A stretch of DNA of 64,000 nucleotides from Anaerolineae bacterium (lineage in GTDB: Bacteria > Chloroflexota > Anaerolineae > S140-20), in contig JALUTT010000145.1 in the NCBI GenBank assembly GCA_027021705.1, positions 77,213-141,212 on the forward strand, in the 5' to 3' direction. Made by a program: the position numbers and the translations under genes. Shown here in pieces: positions 55,113-64,000 of this stretch. The notes beneath the pieces were generated by a model. That model had not been told where the DNA came from and ran no database searches. It saw nothing but the letters and a program-made list of their open reading frames with translations. Every line of letters starts with the position of its first letter. The first letter of the stretch is position 1.

Positions 55113-57887
55113 GTGGGGATTAATGGCAGAGGTGACAAGTTGACGATCCTTGTTGAGGGTGATAAACTCGCTGCTCGCCTTGGCTATCGGGTCTGGAAAG
55201 ACCCTCGGCTGTGGGATGGTCTGCTCTTCCTCACCGCCTTGGCCGTCTACGGGGCGACGACGGCCCCGGGGCTCCTGCCCGCCGATAGCGGGGAGTTCCA
55301 GCTCGTCGCGGCTCGGCTGGGCGTTGCCCATCCCCCCGGCTATCCCCTCTACACGCTGGTTGGCTTCGCCTTCATCCACCTCCTGCCCCTGGGAAGCCCC
55401 GCCTATCGGCTGAACCTGCTGAGCGCCCTGCTGGCAGCCGGCACCCTCGTCCTGGTCAGCGCCGCCGTCCGCCGCTGGAGCGAGAAGGGCGAAGGGCCGA
55501 CGACCGCCGGGTGCCTCGGCGGCCTGGTCGCCGCCCTGGCTCTGGGAACGGCTCCTACCTTTTGGACCCAGGCCACCATCGCCAACATCCGTATGCCCAC
55601 CCTCTTCCTCGCCGCCCTCGGCTTTTACGCCCTGGCTCGCTTCACCCAGGCCCACCGTCGTGCTCAAGCGGACCGGGCGCTGCTGCTCCTGGCAGTGGCC
55701 CTGGGCACCGGCCTGGCCCACCACGCTTCCCTGGCCTTCGTCGCCCTCTTCTGGTTGCTCTACCTCCTCCTGGTGGACCCCCGGCTGGTGCGCCAACCGA
55801 GACGCTGGTGGCGTCCGGCCCTGGTTGGGCTGGCCGGCCTGCTCCCTCTGGCCTACCTCCCCATCCGGGGGGCGATGGGAGCGCCGCTGGCCCCTCCCAA
55901 CCTGCACACCTGGCGCGGCTTCCTCTTCCACGTCACTGCCCAGGGCTTCGGCGGCGATATGTTCGCCTTCGCCAACGCCCAGGACCTGCCCCACCGCCTG
56001 GCCCTGGTTCCCACCCTGTTTCGGCTCCAGTTTCACCCCGGCCTGCTTCTGGTCGCCATCCTGGGCGGGCTCTGGCTCCTGGGCCGGGATCGTCGCCTCT
56101 TCCTGCTGTTGGCCGGCGGCTGGGCGCTGCACACCTTCGTCGCCATCACCTACCGCGCTCCCCAGACCGTTGAGTACCTGATGCCCGCCTACCTCCCCGT
56201 TGCCATCGCCATCGGCCTCCTCACCGCCGCTGTTGCCTCCCCCAGGAGCGCCCCACGTCCCGCACCGCGCACCACGCACCCCGTAGCCCGCCTCTCCCTC
56301 GCGGCGCTCCTGACCGTCTCTCTCCTCGCCCCGATCCCTCGTCGCGCTTCCAGCTTCCTCACCTTGCGGCGCGACGGCGAGCGGGGCTCCTATCGGGCCC
56401 TGGAGCGTCAGGTCACCGCCCTGCTGGAGCAGGCCCCGCCGGGGAGCCTCATCCTGGCCGACTGGCGTTGGGCCACGCCCCTCTGGTACCTCCAGCAGGT
56501 GGATGGCCGCCGGCCCGACGTCACCGTCCGTTACGTCTACCCCGTCGCCGGGCAGCCCTATCGGGCACGATGGCGGACGCTTCTGGACGAGGCGGTGGGA
56601 CAGCGGCCCGTCCTGCTGACCCACTTCTACGACTTCGAGGGCTACACGATGGCCCCTCGACCGGGAGGCTTTCGGGCCTATCGCCGGCCTCTCTTCTCCG
56701 ACGCCGACGGGGCCTGGCGGCCGCCCGACCTGGTGCCCAGGGAGGTCCGCTTTGGCCAGACCCTCCGTCTGTTGGGCTACCGGCTCAGCCCGACCCGACT
56801 CACGCCCGGCGGGGTGCTGGAGGTGACGCTGGCCTGGCAGCCTTTGACCGACCTCTCGGCGGATGGCGGCGGGGGCAGCGGCCCCTCCTTCACGGTCCGG
56901 CTTGTGGGGGCGGGAGGGAAACGGGTCGCCCAGGCCGACCGCTACCTGGGCAGCGGCTACACGCCGGGGGAGGTCCGCTTCGAGCGGCTTGTGCTGCCCC
57001 TCTACCCCTGGCTGAGCGGTGGCGCCTATACCCTGCGGGTCGGGGCCTATGTCCGGCAAGGGGGGCGCTTCGTGGACCTGCCCACCGAGACGGGGGAGAC
57101 GCTGGCACGGCTGGCCGAGGTGCCTCTGGCCTCTCGCCGGGAGCCGCCGCTCTCCCTGCACCCTCTCTCGGTCCCCTTCGCCGGCGGACCGACGCTGGTG
57201 GGAGTGGATTACGACCGGTCACCGCTGGGGGGGCTGGGCGTCTACCTGCACTGGCGGGGGCCGGCCCGAGGTGGGGAGGTGGTGCGGCTGGAGGGCGGGG
57301 GTGGTGAGAGGGCCGAAGCCCGGCTTCCCGCTCTGGAGGCCGGTCGCTATCAGACCCTCTTCCTCACACTGCCGGGGGAGACGATAGGGCCGCTGCGCCT
57401 CTCGCTGGTGGATCCCGAGGGAAAGTGGCTGCGGACGGCTCCGCCCTGGCGCTTCGGCCAGGAGCGGGTTGGGCTGCCGGCCCCCTCGCCGACGGCCCGC
57501 TTCGTCCCCCTGGGGGATGCGATGGCCCTGGTGGGGGTGGCGGCGCGGGGAGAGCCGAGGCCGGGGGAGCCCTTCGTCCTGGACCTGACCTTCGTCGCCC
57601 TGCGTCCCCTCGTGGAGGACTACGCCACCAGCGTGCGGTTGACGGATGGGGAGGGGCGGTGGCTGGCAGTCCACGACTCGCAGCCGGCCCTGGGGGCTAT
57701 CCCCACCCTCAAGTGGATTCGGGGCAGCCGAGTGGTGGATCGGCATCGGCTGACGGTGCCGGCGGACTTCGCCGGGTCGGTCGTCGAGGCGACCCTGGTG
57801 GCCTATGAGCGTTTCGACGACCTCTCCTTGCCCCCGATGCAACCTGGTCTGGAGGCCGTTCCGCTGGGGCGATGGTCCGGCGGATAG
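55113..57887 (+). CDS. DUF2723 (TMEM260-like) GT-C protein O-glycosyltransferase with Ig-like tail
   Basis: PADSGEF...LGVAHPPGYPLY, FWTQATIA, LAHH, YLPIR, PLWYLQ.V.G.RPDV; start uncertain. Confidence 0.85.
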   Translation: MGINGRGDKLTILVEGDKLAARLGYRVWKDPRLWDGLLFLTALAVYGATTAPGLLPADSGEFQLVAARLGVAHPPGYPLYTLVGFAFIHLLPLGSPAYRLNLLSALLAAGTLVLVSAAVRRWSEKGEGPTTAGCLGGLVAALALGTAPTFWTQATIANIRMPTLFLAALGFYALARFTQAHRRAQADRALLLLAVALGTGLAHHASLAFVALFWLLYLLLVDPRLVRQPRRWWRPALVGLAGLLPLAYLPIRGAMGAPLAPPNLHTWRGFLFHVTAQGFGGDMFAFANAQDLPHRLALVPTLFRLQFHPGLLLVAILGGLWLLGRDRRLFLLLAGGWALHTFVAITYRAPQTVEYLMPAYLPVAIAIGLLTAAVASPRSAPRPAPRTTHPVARLSLAALLTVSLLAPIPRRASSFLTLRRDGERGSYRALERQVTALLEQAPPGSLILADWRWATPLWYLQQVDGRRPDVTVRYVYPVAGQPYRARWRTLLDEAVGQRPVLLTHFYDFEGYTMAPRPGGFRAYRRPLFSDADGAWRPPDLVPREVRFGQTLRLLGYRLSPTRLTPGGVLEVTLAWQPLTDLSADGGGGSGPSFTVRLVGAGGKRVAQADRYLGSGYTPGEVRFERLVLPLYPWLSGGAYTLRVGAYVRQGGRFVDLPTETGETLARLAEVPLASRREPPLSLHPLSVPFAGGPTLVGVDYDRSPLGGLGVYLHWRGPARGGEVVRLEGGGGERAEARLPALEAGRYQTLFLTLPGETIGPLRLSLVDPEGKWLRTAPPWRFGQERVGLPAPSPTARFVPLGDAMALVGVAARGEPRPGEPFVLDLTFVALRPLVEDYATSVRLTDGEGRWLAVHDSQPALGAIPTLKWIRGSRVVDRHRLTVPADFAGSVVEATLVAYERFDDLSLPPMQPGLEAVPLGRWSGG

Positions 57888-58084
57888 AGGCATTCTCCCA
57901 GATCTGGGGGCAGGGCTCCAACTTCCTACATTTTGTAGGAATACCAAGTCCATTTTCCCCCCATTTTGACGGTGACAATTGGCCCCCTTATGCTCCATAA
58001 TGGTCCAAATCTGGGCGGCTTGCCTGCGCCGGCACTGCCCACGTTTGGCCGCACTCCTATTCGTTTGGAAAGGAGGAAGATGCT

Positions 58085-59407
58085 ATGATCCGTCGCACCG
58101 TTTTGAGCCTGATCCTTTTGGTGACTTTGGTGGTCGCTGCCTGTCAGCCAGCGGCGACACCGACGCCGACCTCCCCGCCCAAGGAGGAAGCGAAGCCCAC
58201 CACGCCGCCTGAGAAGCCGGCTGCTCAGGAGATCGTTGTGGGCGCGGTCTATCCTCTCTCCGGCTCCCTGGCCGCGACCGGCGTGGACCTGCGTCAGGGG
58301 ATCGAGTTGGCTGTGGAGATCATCAACAACAGCTACGACCTGAACTTGCCCCTGGCCAAGGAGGCCGGCTTGCCCAACCTGGGTGGGGCCAAGATCAGGG
58401 TGATCTTCGGCGACCACGAGGCCGACCCGGAGAAGGGCGCGAGCGAGGCCGAACGGCTTATCACCGAGGAAAAGGTGATCGCCCTCGTCGGTTCCTACAA
58501 CAGCGCCGTCACCGCCACCGCCAGCCAGACGGCCGAGCGCTACGGCGTTCCTTTCCTCAACCCTGAGTCCACTTCTCCCACCCTTACCGAGCGGGGCTTT
58601 GAATGGTTCTTCCGCACCACCCCTGATGACAAGCTCTTCGCCGAGAACTTCTTCCAGTTCCTGGAGGATGTGAAGGCCAAAGGGCTGCCCGTGGGCGATG
58701 TCGTCATCGTCAACGAGAACACCCTCTGGGGTACGGACGTCGCCAAGTTCGAGAAGATGTTCGCGGAGCAGTATGGCTACAAGGTGGTGGAAGAGGTGCC
58801 CTACGAGGCCAAGGCGGCCGACGTGACCGGCGAGGTACAGCGGGTGAAAGCGGCCGGACAGGCCATCATCATGCAGGCCTCCTACGTCTCCGACGCCATC
58901 CTCTACATGCGCACCTACAAGCAGCTCGATGTCAACCCGCTGGCCCTTCTGGCGATGGATGCCGGCTTCATTGCGTCGGAGTTCATCAAGACGGTCGGCC
59001 CTGATGCCGAGTACATCCTCAGCCGGGAGGTCTGGTCGCTGGACCTGGCGGAGACCAAGCCCATCGTGAAGCAGGTGAATGACCTCTACAAGGAGCGCTA
59101 CGGCACCGATATGAACGGCAACTCCGCCCGCGCCTTCACCGGTATGCTGACCCTGGCCGACGCCATCAACCGGGCCGGCTCCACCGACGCGGAGGCCATT
59201 CAGAAAGCGCTCCTGGAGACCGACATCCCTGCCGACCAGATCATCATGCCTTGGCAGGGGATCAAGTTCGATCCGAAGACCCACCAGAACACCCTGGGCC
59301 GAGGGATCATCGTCCAGATTCAGGAGGGCAAGTACCGGCTGGTCTGGCCTTTCGACCTGGCAGCAGCGGAGCTGATCTGGCCGATGCCGGCCTGGAACGA
59401 GCGGTAG
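58085..59407 (+). CDS. Branched-chain amino acid-type ABC substrate-binding lipoprotein (LivK-like)
   Basis: Lipobox VAAC, VGAVYPLSG.LA, AERLI, GSYNS.VT, LTERG..WFFR. Confidence 0.9.
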   Translation: MIRRTVLSLILLVTLVVAACQPAATPTPTSPPKEEAKPTTPPEKPAAQEIVVGAVYPLSGSLAATGVDLRQGIELAVEIINNSYDLNLPLAKEAGLPNLGGAKIRVIFGDHEADPEKGASEAERLITEEKVIALVGSYNSAVTATASQTAERYGVPFLNPESTSPTLTERGFEWFFRTTPDDKLFAENFFQFLEDVKAKGLPVGDVVIVNENTLWGTDVAKFEKMFAEQYGYKVVEEVPYEAKAADVTGEVQRVKAAGQAIIMQASYVSDAILYMRTYKQLDVNPLALLAMDAGFIASEFIKTVGPDAEYILSREVWSLDLAETKPIVKQVNDLYKERYGTDMNGNSARAFTGMLTLADAINRAGSTDAEAIQKALLETDIPADQIIMPWQGIKFDPKTHQNTLGRGIIVQIQEGKYRLVWPFDLAAAELIWPMPAWNER

Positions 59408-59497
59408 CGAGACCGGTTTGATCGGAACGGCGGGCCGGGCGTTCGGTCTGAGGCCGTGAAGAACGCCCGGCCTTCTCCCCTGCCCCCTCACCCAACT

Positions 59498-59553
59498 CGT
59501 AACACGCAATACGTAACACGTAACACGTAACACGTAATACGTAACACGTAATA
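59498..59553 (+). repeat. Heptamer tandem repeat (CGYAAYA)x8
   Basis: Counted directly; ends 4 nt before the livH ATG. Confidence 0.95.
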
Positions 59554-59557
59554 CGCT

Positions 59558-60424
59558 ATGGACCTCACAATCCTGGCCCAAACGGTCGCCAGCGGGTTGC
59601 TCATCGGCCTGGTCTTCTCCCTCCTGGCTGTGGGCCTCACGCTCATCTTCGGTGTGATGGACATTGTGAACTTCGCCCATGGCGAGTTCCTGATGCTGGC
59701 CATGTATGTTACCTATTGGCTCTGGGCCCTTTGGGGGATGGATCCTCTCTTCTCCTTGCCCATCTCCGCCCTCGTGATGTTCATCCTCGGCGCTTTGACC
59801 TATCTGCTGGTAATCCGCTATGTGCTGGACGCGCCGATGCTGGCTCAAATCTTTTCCACCTTCGGCCTGATGATCTTCCTTCGTTTTCTGGCCCAGGTGC
59901 TCTGGACCGAGGATTACCGGCGCATTCGGGGATCGCTGCTGGAGGGGCGGATCGAGATCGCCGGTGTCTTCCTGGGGCGACCCGAAGTGGCCGCCGCGCT
60001 GGGGGGGATCATCACTACGGCGATCCTCTACTGGTTCCTCAAGGGCACCCGGTTGGGCTGGGCGTTGGAGGCGACGGCCGAGAACCGGACGGTGGCCGCG
60101 CTGATGGGCATCAACACCGAGTGGATGTTTACCCTGGCTTGGGGGATTGGATCGGCCTGCGCGGGGATCGCCGGCACCTTGCTGGCGACCTTCTACCCTA
60201 TCTTTCCGGAGGCCGGTGCTGTCTTCGTCCTGGTGACCTATGTGGCTGTGGCCTTAGGAGGCTTCGGCAACATCACCGGTGCTTTTGTGGGCGGCATCCT
60301 CATTGGCCTCCTCCAGGTGGTGGGAGGCTTTCTGTGGGAGCCCCGCTTCAAGGACGTGCTGGTCTACGGTGTTTACTTGCTGGTGGTGCTGGTGCGTCCC
60401 CAGGGGCTGTTGGGGCGGCGGTAG
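59558..60424 (+). CDS. livH: Branched-chain amino acid ABC permease
   Basis: GLTLIFGVM.IVNFAHGEF, T.LG.A..A.AEN...A.LMGIN, LGG.G.I.G. Confidence 0.9.
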   Translation: MDLTILAQTVASGLLIGLVFSLLAVGLTLIFGVMDIVNFAHGEFLMLAMYVTYWLWALWGMDPLFSLPISALVMFILGALTYLLVIRYVLDAPMLAQIFSTFGLMIFLRFLAQVLWTEDYRRIRGSLLEGRIEIAGVFLGRPEVAAALGGIITTAILYWFLKGTRLGWALEATAENRTVAALMGINTEWMFTLAWGIGSACAGIAGTLLATFYPIFPEAGAVFVLVTYVAVALGGFGNITGAFVGGILIGLLQVVGGFLWEPRFKDVLVYGVYLLVVLVRPQGLLGRR

Positions 60425-60427
60425 TTG

Positions 60428-60566
60428 CGGACTGTTGACCGCTGACTGCCGACCAGGGAAGGCACCGAGGGGCGAGGGCCGAGGGCTGAGGACTGAGGAC
60501 CGAGGACTACCCGACCAGGTGACCACCTGACCACCCGACTATGTGACTAAGCGACCATCCGACCAA
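60428..60566 (+). repeat. Composite short tandem tracts (7-mer x4, 7-mer x6, 8-mer x7)
   Basis: YYGACYG-like, SYGAGGR-like and NNGACYAN units counted directly. Confidence 0.85.
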
Positions 60567-60590
60567 GGGGCACGTGTGAGGAGCAAGCCG

Positions 60591-61643
60591 GTGCAAAGTG
60601 TATCGCGTCAAGGGCAGGAACCACGCAGCGGGCCATGGTGGACCCGGCGGTGGGTGCGGTGGGGCGGAGGGATTCTCCTCCTGATCTTTCTCCTCCTTTT
60701 TCCCCATCTCTTCCCCCGTCCTTTTCTGCGCCGCATGGCGATCCTGGTGTTGCTCTGGTCCCTGTTGGGGCTGGCTTGGAACATCATCGGCGGCTACGGA
60801 GGGCAGGTCTCGCTGGGCCACGCCGTCTTCTTTGGCTTAGGGGCCTACACTTCCAGTATCTTGCTAGAGCGCTGGCAGGTCTCCCCCTGGCTGGGCATGC
60901 TGGCGGGCGCGGCTGTGGCTGCCATCGCGGCTCTCCTCATCGGCTGGCCGACTTTCCGCTTACAGGGCCACTACTTCGCCATCGCCACCATCGCTGCGGG
61001 AGAGATCTTCGCCATCCTCTTCCGCAACTGGGAGTGGGCCGGCGGTGCAGTGGGAATCTACCTCCCCTTAATTCGAGGTGACCAGTTGGTGAACTTCCAG
61101 TTCCACGAGACCAAGGTCCCCTACTACTACATCGTTTTGGTGATGGCGCTGCTGGCCGTAGCTGTCACCTATGCTCTGGAGCGCAGCCGGGCCGGCTACT
61201 ACCTGCGGGCGCTGCGGGCGGACCAGGACGCAGCCCGCAGCCTGGGCGTGCCCATCACCCGCTACAAGCTGATCGCCATGGTCATCAGCGCGGTGCTCAC
61301 CGCCATCGGTGGCACCTTCTACGCCCAATTCGTCCTCTACATCAGCCCCAACACCGTCTTTGCCCTCATGCTCTCGGTTCAGATGTGTCTGGTGGCGGTG
61401 CTGGGGGGGCTGGGCACCATCGCCGGCCCCATCATCGGCGCGATGGTGCTCATCCCAATGGCCGAGTACACCCGCGTCTTCCTGGGCGGGCGTGGAGGTG
61501 GACTCCATCTGGTCGTCTACGGCCTGCTCATCGTGATCATCTCCGTCTTCCAGCCGGCGGGGTTGGTGGGCCTCCTGCGCCGACGCACCCGTCCCACACC
61601 GCCCCCGGCAATGCCCACTCCAGCCGAGGAGGGGATCGCATGA
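60591..61643 (+). CDS. livM: Branched-chain amino acid ABC permease
   Basis: WNIIGGYGGQVSLGHAVFFGLGAY, RL.G.YFAIAT, LGGLGT..GP; GTG 60591 follows GAGGAG. Confidence 0.88.
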   Translation: MQSVSRQGQEPRSGPWWTRRWVRWGGGILLLIFLLLFPHLFPRPFLRRMAILVLLWSLLGLAWNIIGGYGGQVSLGHAVFFGLGAYTSSILLERWQVSPWLGMLAGAAVAAIAALLIGWPTFRLQGHYFAIATIAAGEIFAILFRNWEWAGGAVGIYLPLIRGDQLVNFQFHETKVPYYYIVLVMALLAVAVTYALERSRAGYYLRALRADQDAARSLGVPITRYKLIAMVISAVLTAIGGTFYAQFVLYISPNTVFALMLSVQMCLVAVLGGLGTIAGPIIGAMVLIPMAEYTRVFLGGRGGGLHLVVYGLLIVIISVFQPAGLVGLLRRRTRPTPPPAMPTPAEEGIA

Positions 61644-62377
61644 GCCTGCTGGAGACCCGTGGGTTGACCAAGCGTTTCGGTGGCCTGGTCGCCAACCAGA
61701 CCATTGACTTCCGCTTGGAGAAGGGGGAACTGGTGGGCCTCATCGGCCCCAACGGGGCCGGGAAGACCACTTTCTTCAACTGTATCACCGGATTCTATCG
61801 CCCGGACGAGGGGCGGGTCTTCTTCCGAGGGCGCGACGTCACCGGCTGGTCGCCGGAGCGCATCTGCCGGGCCGGAATCGCCCGCACCTTCCAGGTGGTC
61901 AAGACCTTTCGGGATATGACGGTGCTGGAGAACGTGATGGTGGGGGCCTTCCTGCGCCATCCCCGGCCGGCTGCAGCCCGTGCCCACGCCGAAGCGGTGT
62001 TGGAGACAACGGGATTGACCCACCTGGCCGATGTGCAGGCCGGTGGGTTGCCCATCGCTTACAGAAAGCGGTTGGAACTGGCCCGCGCCTTGGCTACCGA
62101 GCCGGAGGTCCTCTTCCTGGACGAGGCGATGGCTGGTCTCAACCCCGGGGAGATTCAGGAAGCCGTGGCGATGGTGCGCCGCCTGTGGGAGCAGGGGCTG
62201 ACCATCGTCCTGGTCGAGCATGTGATGGAAGTTGTGATGCCTCTGGCCCAGCGGGTGGTGGTGCTGGACTACGGCCAGGTTATCGCCGACGACACGCCGG
62301 AGCGGGTGGCCAAGGATCCCAGGGTGATCGAAGCCTATCTGGGGGAGCGATTTGCGAGACAGGCGCGGGAGGGGTAG
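61640..62377 (+). CDS. livG: Branched-chain amino acid ABC ATPase
   Basis: KRFGGL.A, GPNGAGKTT, ARTFQ, LDE..AGL, VEH.M, VIEAYLG. Confidence 0.92.
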   Translation: MSLLETRGLTKRFGGLVANQTIDFRLEKGELVGLIGPNGAGKTTFFNCITGFYRPDEGRVFFRGRDVTGWSPERICRAGIARTFQVVKTFRDMTVLENVMVGAFLRHPRPAAARAHAEAVLETTGLTHLADVQAGGLPIAYRKRLELARALATEPEVLFLDEAMAGLNPGEIQEAVAMVRRLWEQGLTIVLVEHVMEVVMPLAQRVVVLDYGQVIADDTPERVAKDPRVIEAYLGERFARQAREG

Positions 62378-62416
62378 GAGTTGGCCCTTCATCCCGCGTG
62401 GTGAGGAGAGAGCGCG

Positions 62417-63121
62417 GTGCTGACGATTGAGGGCTTGCAAGCCGGCTACGACCAGGTGCCTGTCCTATGGGACCTCTCCCTCCAGGTGCCCGAGGGGAGC
62501 GTCGTCGCTGTCATCGGAGCCAACGGGGCGGGGAAGACGACGTTGCTGCGGACCATCTCCGGCCTCATTCCCCCGATGCAGGGCGCCATCACCTTCTTCG
62601 ACCGCCGTCTCAACGGTCTGCCTCCTCACAAGATCGCTGCCTTGGGCATCGCCCACGTGCCGGAGGGCCGGGGCGTCTTCGCCTATCAGACGGTGCTGCG
62701 CAACCTCTACCTAGGGGCCTACCTGCGCCCTCGCGAGGAGATCGAGGAGACGTTGCAGGAGGTCTTTGCCCTTTTCCCCCGGCTGGCCGAGCGGCAGGAT
62801 CAGGTGGCCGGCACCCTTAGCGGCGGCGAGCAGCAGATGCTCGTCATCGCCCGGGGCTTGATGTCTCGCCCCCGCCTGCTGATGCTGGACGAGCCCTCCC
62901 TGGGCCTGATGCCCAAGCTGGTGGATGAGATCTTCGACCTGGTGCGGCGCATTCGGGAGGAGCAGGGGGTGACCATCCTGCTGGTGGAGCAGAACGTGCG
63001 CGAGGCGCTGGAGGTGGCCGACTACGCCTACGTCCTTCAGACGGGCCGGGTGGTGCTGGAGGGGGCCGGCGCCGATCTGCTGAAGACCGACCTGGTGCGC
63101 CGGGCCTACCTGGGGCTGTGA
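62417..63121 (+). CDS. livF: Branched-chain amino acid ABC ATPase
   Basis: GANGAGKTT, VPEGR, LSGGEQQM, LDEPSLGL.P, VEQN, AYLG. Confidence 0.92.
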   Translation: MLTIEGLQAGYDQVPVLWDLSLQVPEGSVVAVIGANGAGKTTLLRTISGLIPPMQGAITFFDRRLNGLPPHKIAALGIAHVPEGRGVFAYQTVLRNLYLGAYLRPREEIEETLQEVFALFPRLAERQDQVAGTLSGGEQQMLVIARGLMSRPRLLMLDEPSLGLMPKLVDEIFDLVRRIREEQGVTILLVEQNVREALEVADYAYVLQTGRVVLEGAGADLLKTDLVRRAYLGL

Positions 63122-63356
63122 TGGCGGCTAGCTTCCCCGGTGATCACCCGTATCTCGGGGGCGGGGAGGTGGGGCCATTTGCCAATGGCATCCGCTTCCG
63201 GCGGGGTCAAGGGGCTTGCCGGCTGTGGCCTGCGGACCGTGGGCTGTCAGCCGTTCAGCGCCCGGCCAGTAGCTGGGGAGGCTTGTGGGTGATCACCAGT
63301 AGCTTCTGGCTTTTCCCACAAGGCGGGCCGTGGTACAATTCCTTGGGAGGGGAAGC

Positions 63357-64000
63357 ATGGCGGGGGGGCGTCAGATCAGTGTATTCGACCGGGCGCTCAA
63401 GATCATTGCCCGTCACTATGCCGACACCTTGCTGGACCTGGCCTTTCCCGATCTGCCGGTCCGGTTGGTGGGCACGGAGGAGAACGTGGAGCTCTCCCTC
63501 CCTGCGCGGAGGGTGGACTTTGCCCACCGGGTTGAGCACGAGGGGGAGGAGTACCTGCTGCACATCGAGTTCCAGTTGAAGCACGAGGCCGAGTTGCCCC
63601 GGCGGATGCACCTCTACCACGCCCTGCTGGGTGAGCAGTTCGGCCTACCGGTCCTCTCGCTAGTGCTCTACCTGCAGCCGCGTCAGGGGCCGCTGCCCGA
63701 GGCCTACGAGGTGTGGTTGGGGGGGCAGGTGGTCAACCGGTTTCGCTATCCGGTGCTGCGGCTGTGGGACCACGTGGAGGAGATACGGCGGGGGCGGTAT
63801 CGGGAGTTAGCGCCGCTGCTGACGATGCTGGTGGGGGAGCCGGACGAGGGGGTGCTGGAGGCGGAGCGGGCGCTGATCTTGGAGGAGCCGGACCCTCGGA
63901 AGCGGGGCGATCTGCTGGCGTTGGCGGTGGCGATTGCGGCCCGCTACTTTGACAAGGGGTTTCTGTGGCAGTTTTTTCGCGAGGAGGTGGCGATGATGCG
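63357..64000 (+). CDS. Rpn/transposase_31-like PD-(D/E)XK nuclease (3' end runs off the window)
   Basis: Missing from the ORF track. ATG 63357 after GGAGG: FDRALK...RRVDF...LLHIEFQ...LPRRM..Y...PVLSLVLYL. Confidence 0.75.
   Translation, partial: MAGGRQISVFDRALKIIARHYADTLLDLAFPDLPVRLVGTEENVELSLPARRVDFAHRVEHEGEEYLLHIEFQLKHEAELPRRMHLYHALLGEQFGLPVLSLVLYLQPRQGPLPEAYEVWLGGQVVNRFRYPVLRLWDHVEEIRRGRYRELAPLLTMLVGEPDEGVLEAERALILEEPDPRKRGDLLALAVAIAARYFDKGFLWQFFREEVAMM

Noticed and set aside
63357..64000. Rpn-like gene as the transposase for families A or B
   Set aside because: No family A or B end lies upstream, the gene is truncated by the window, and nothing links them directly.

Overview
High-GC bacterial window, most consistent with Chloroflexota (Anaerolineae-like). 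This is inferred from the expanded GT-C glycosyltransferases with Ig-like tails, a YLPLVxR motif and Pro/Thr-rich lipoproteins. Core content: FBP aldolase/phosphatase, prs, LonC-like protease, dynamin-like GTPase, thiolase, tRNA-Gly(CCC), rph, a serA operon and a Liv-type ABC importer. Accessory content: (i) a ~14 kb cluster of membrane glycosyltransferases (four GT39/ArnT-like, one DUF2723); (ii) an AT-richer island behind an atypical OmpR-type regulator, encoding a thioredoxin-fold protein, a secreted glutamic-peptidase-like protein and a partner, upstream of an SBP/MFP/MacB-like ABC operon; (iii) solitary small nuclease or TA genes (Uma2, HEPN-MNT, GxxExxY, Rpn-like, an orphan antitoxin, an R-M fragment). 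The most striking unexplained layer is non-coding. It comprises five copies of a 122-bp nested-palindrome element (plus a sixth with the same inner stem and a different interior), three copies of a second palindromic element, a GxxExxY gene bracketed by inverted octamer-built ends with tandem duplications, and many 7/8-bp tandem tracts, some in-frame inside glycosyltransferase genes. No CRISPR array, rRNA or integrase was found. All calls come from reading motifs by eye; no searches were run.
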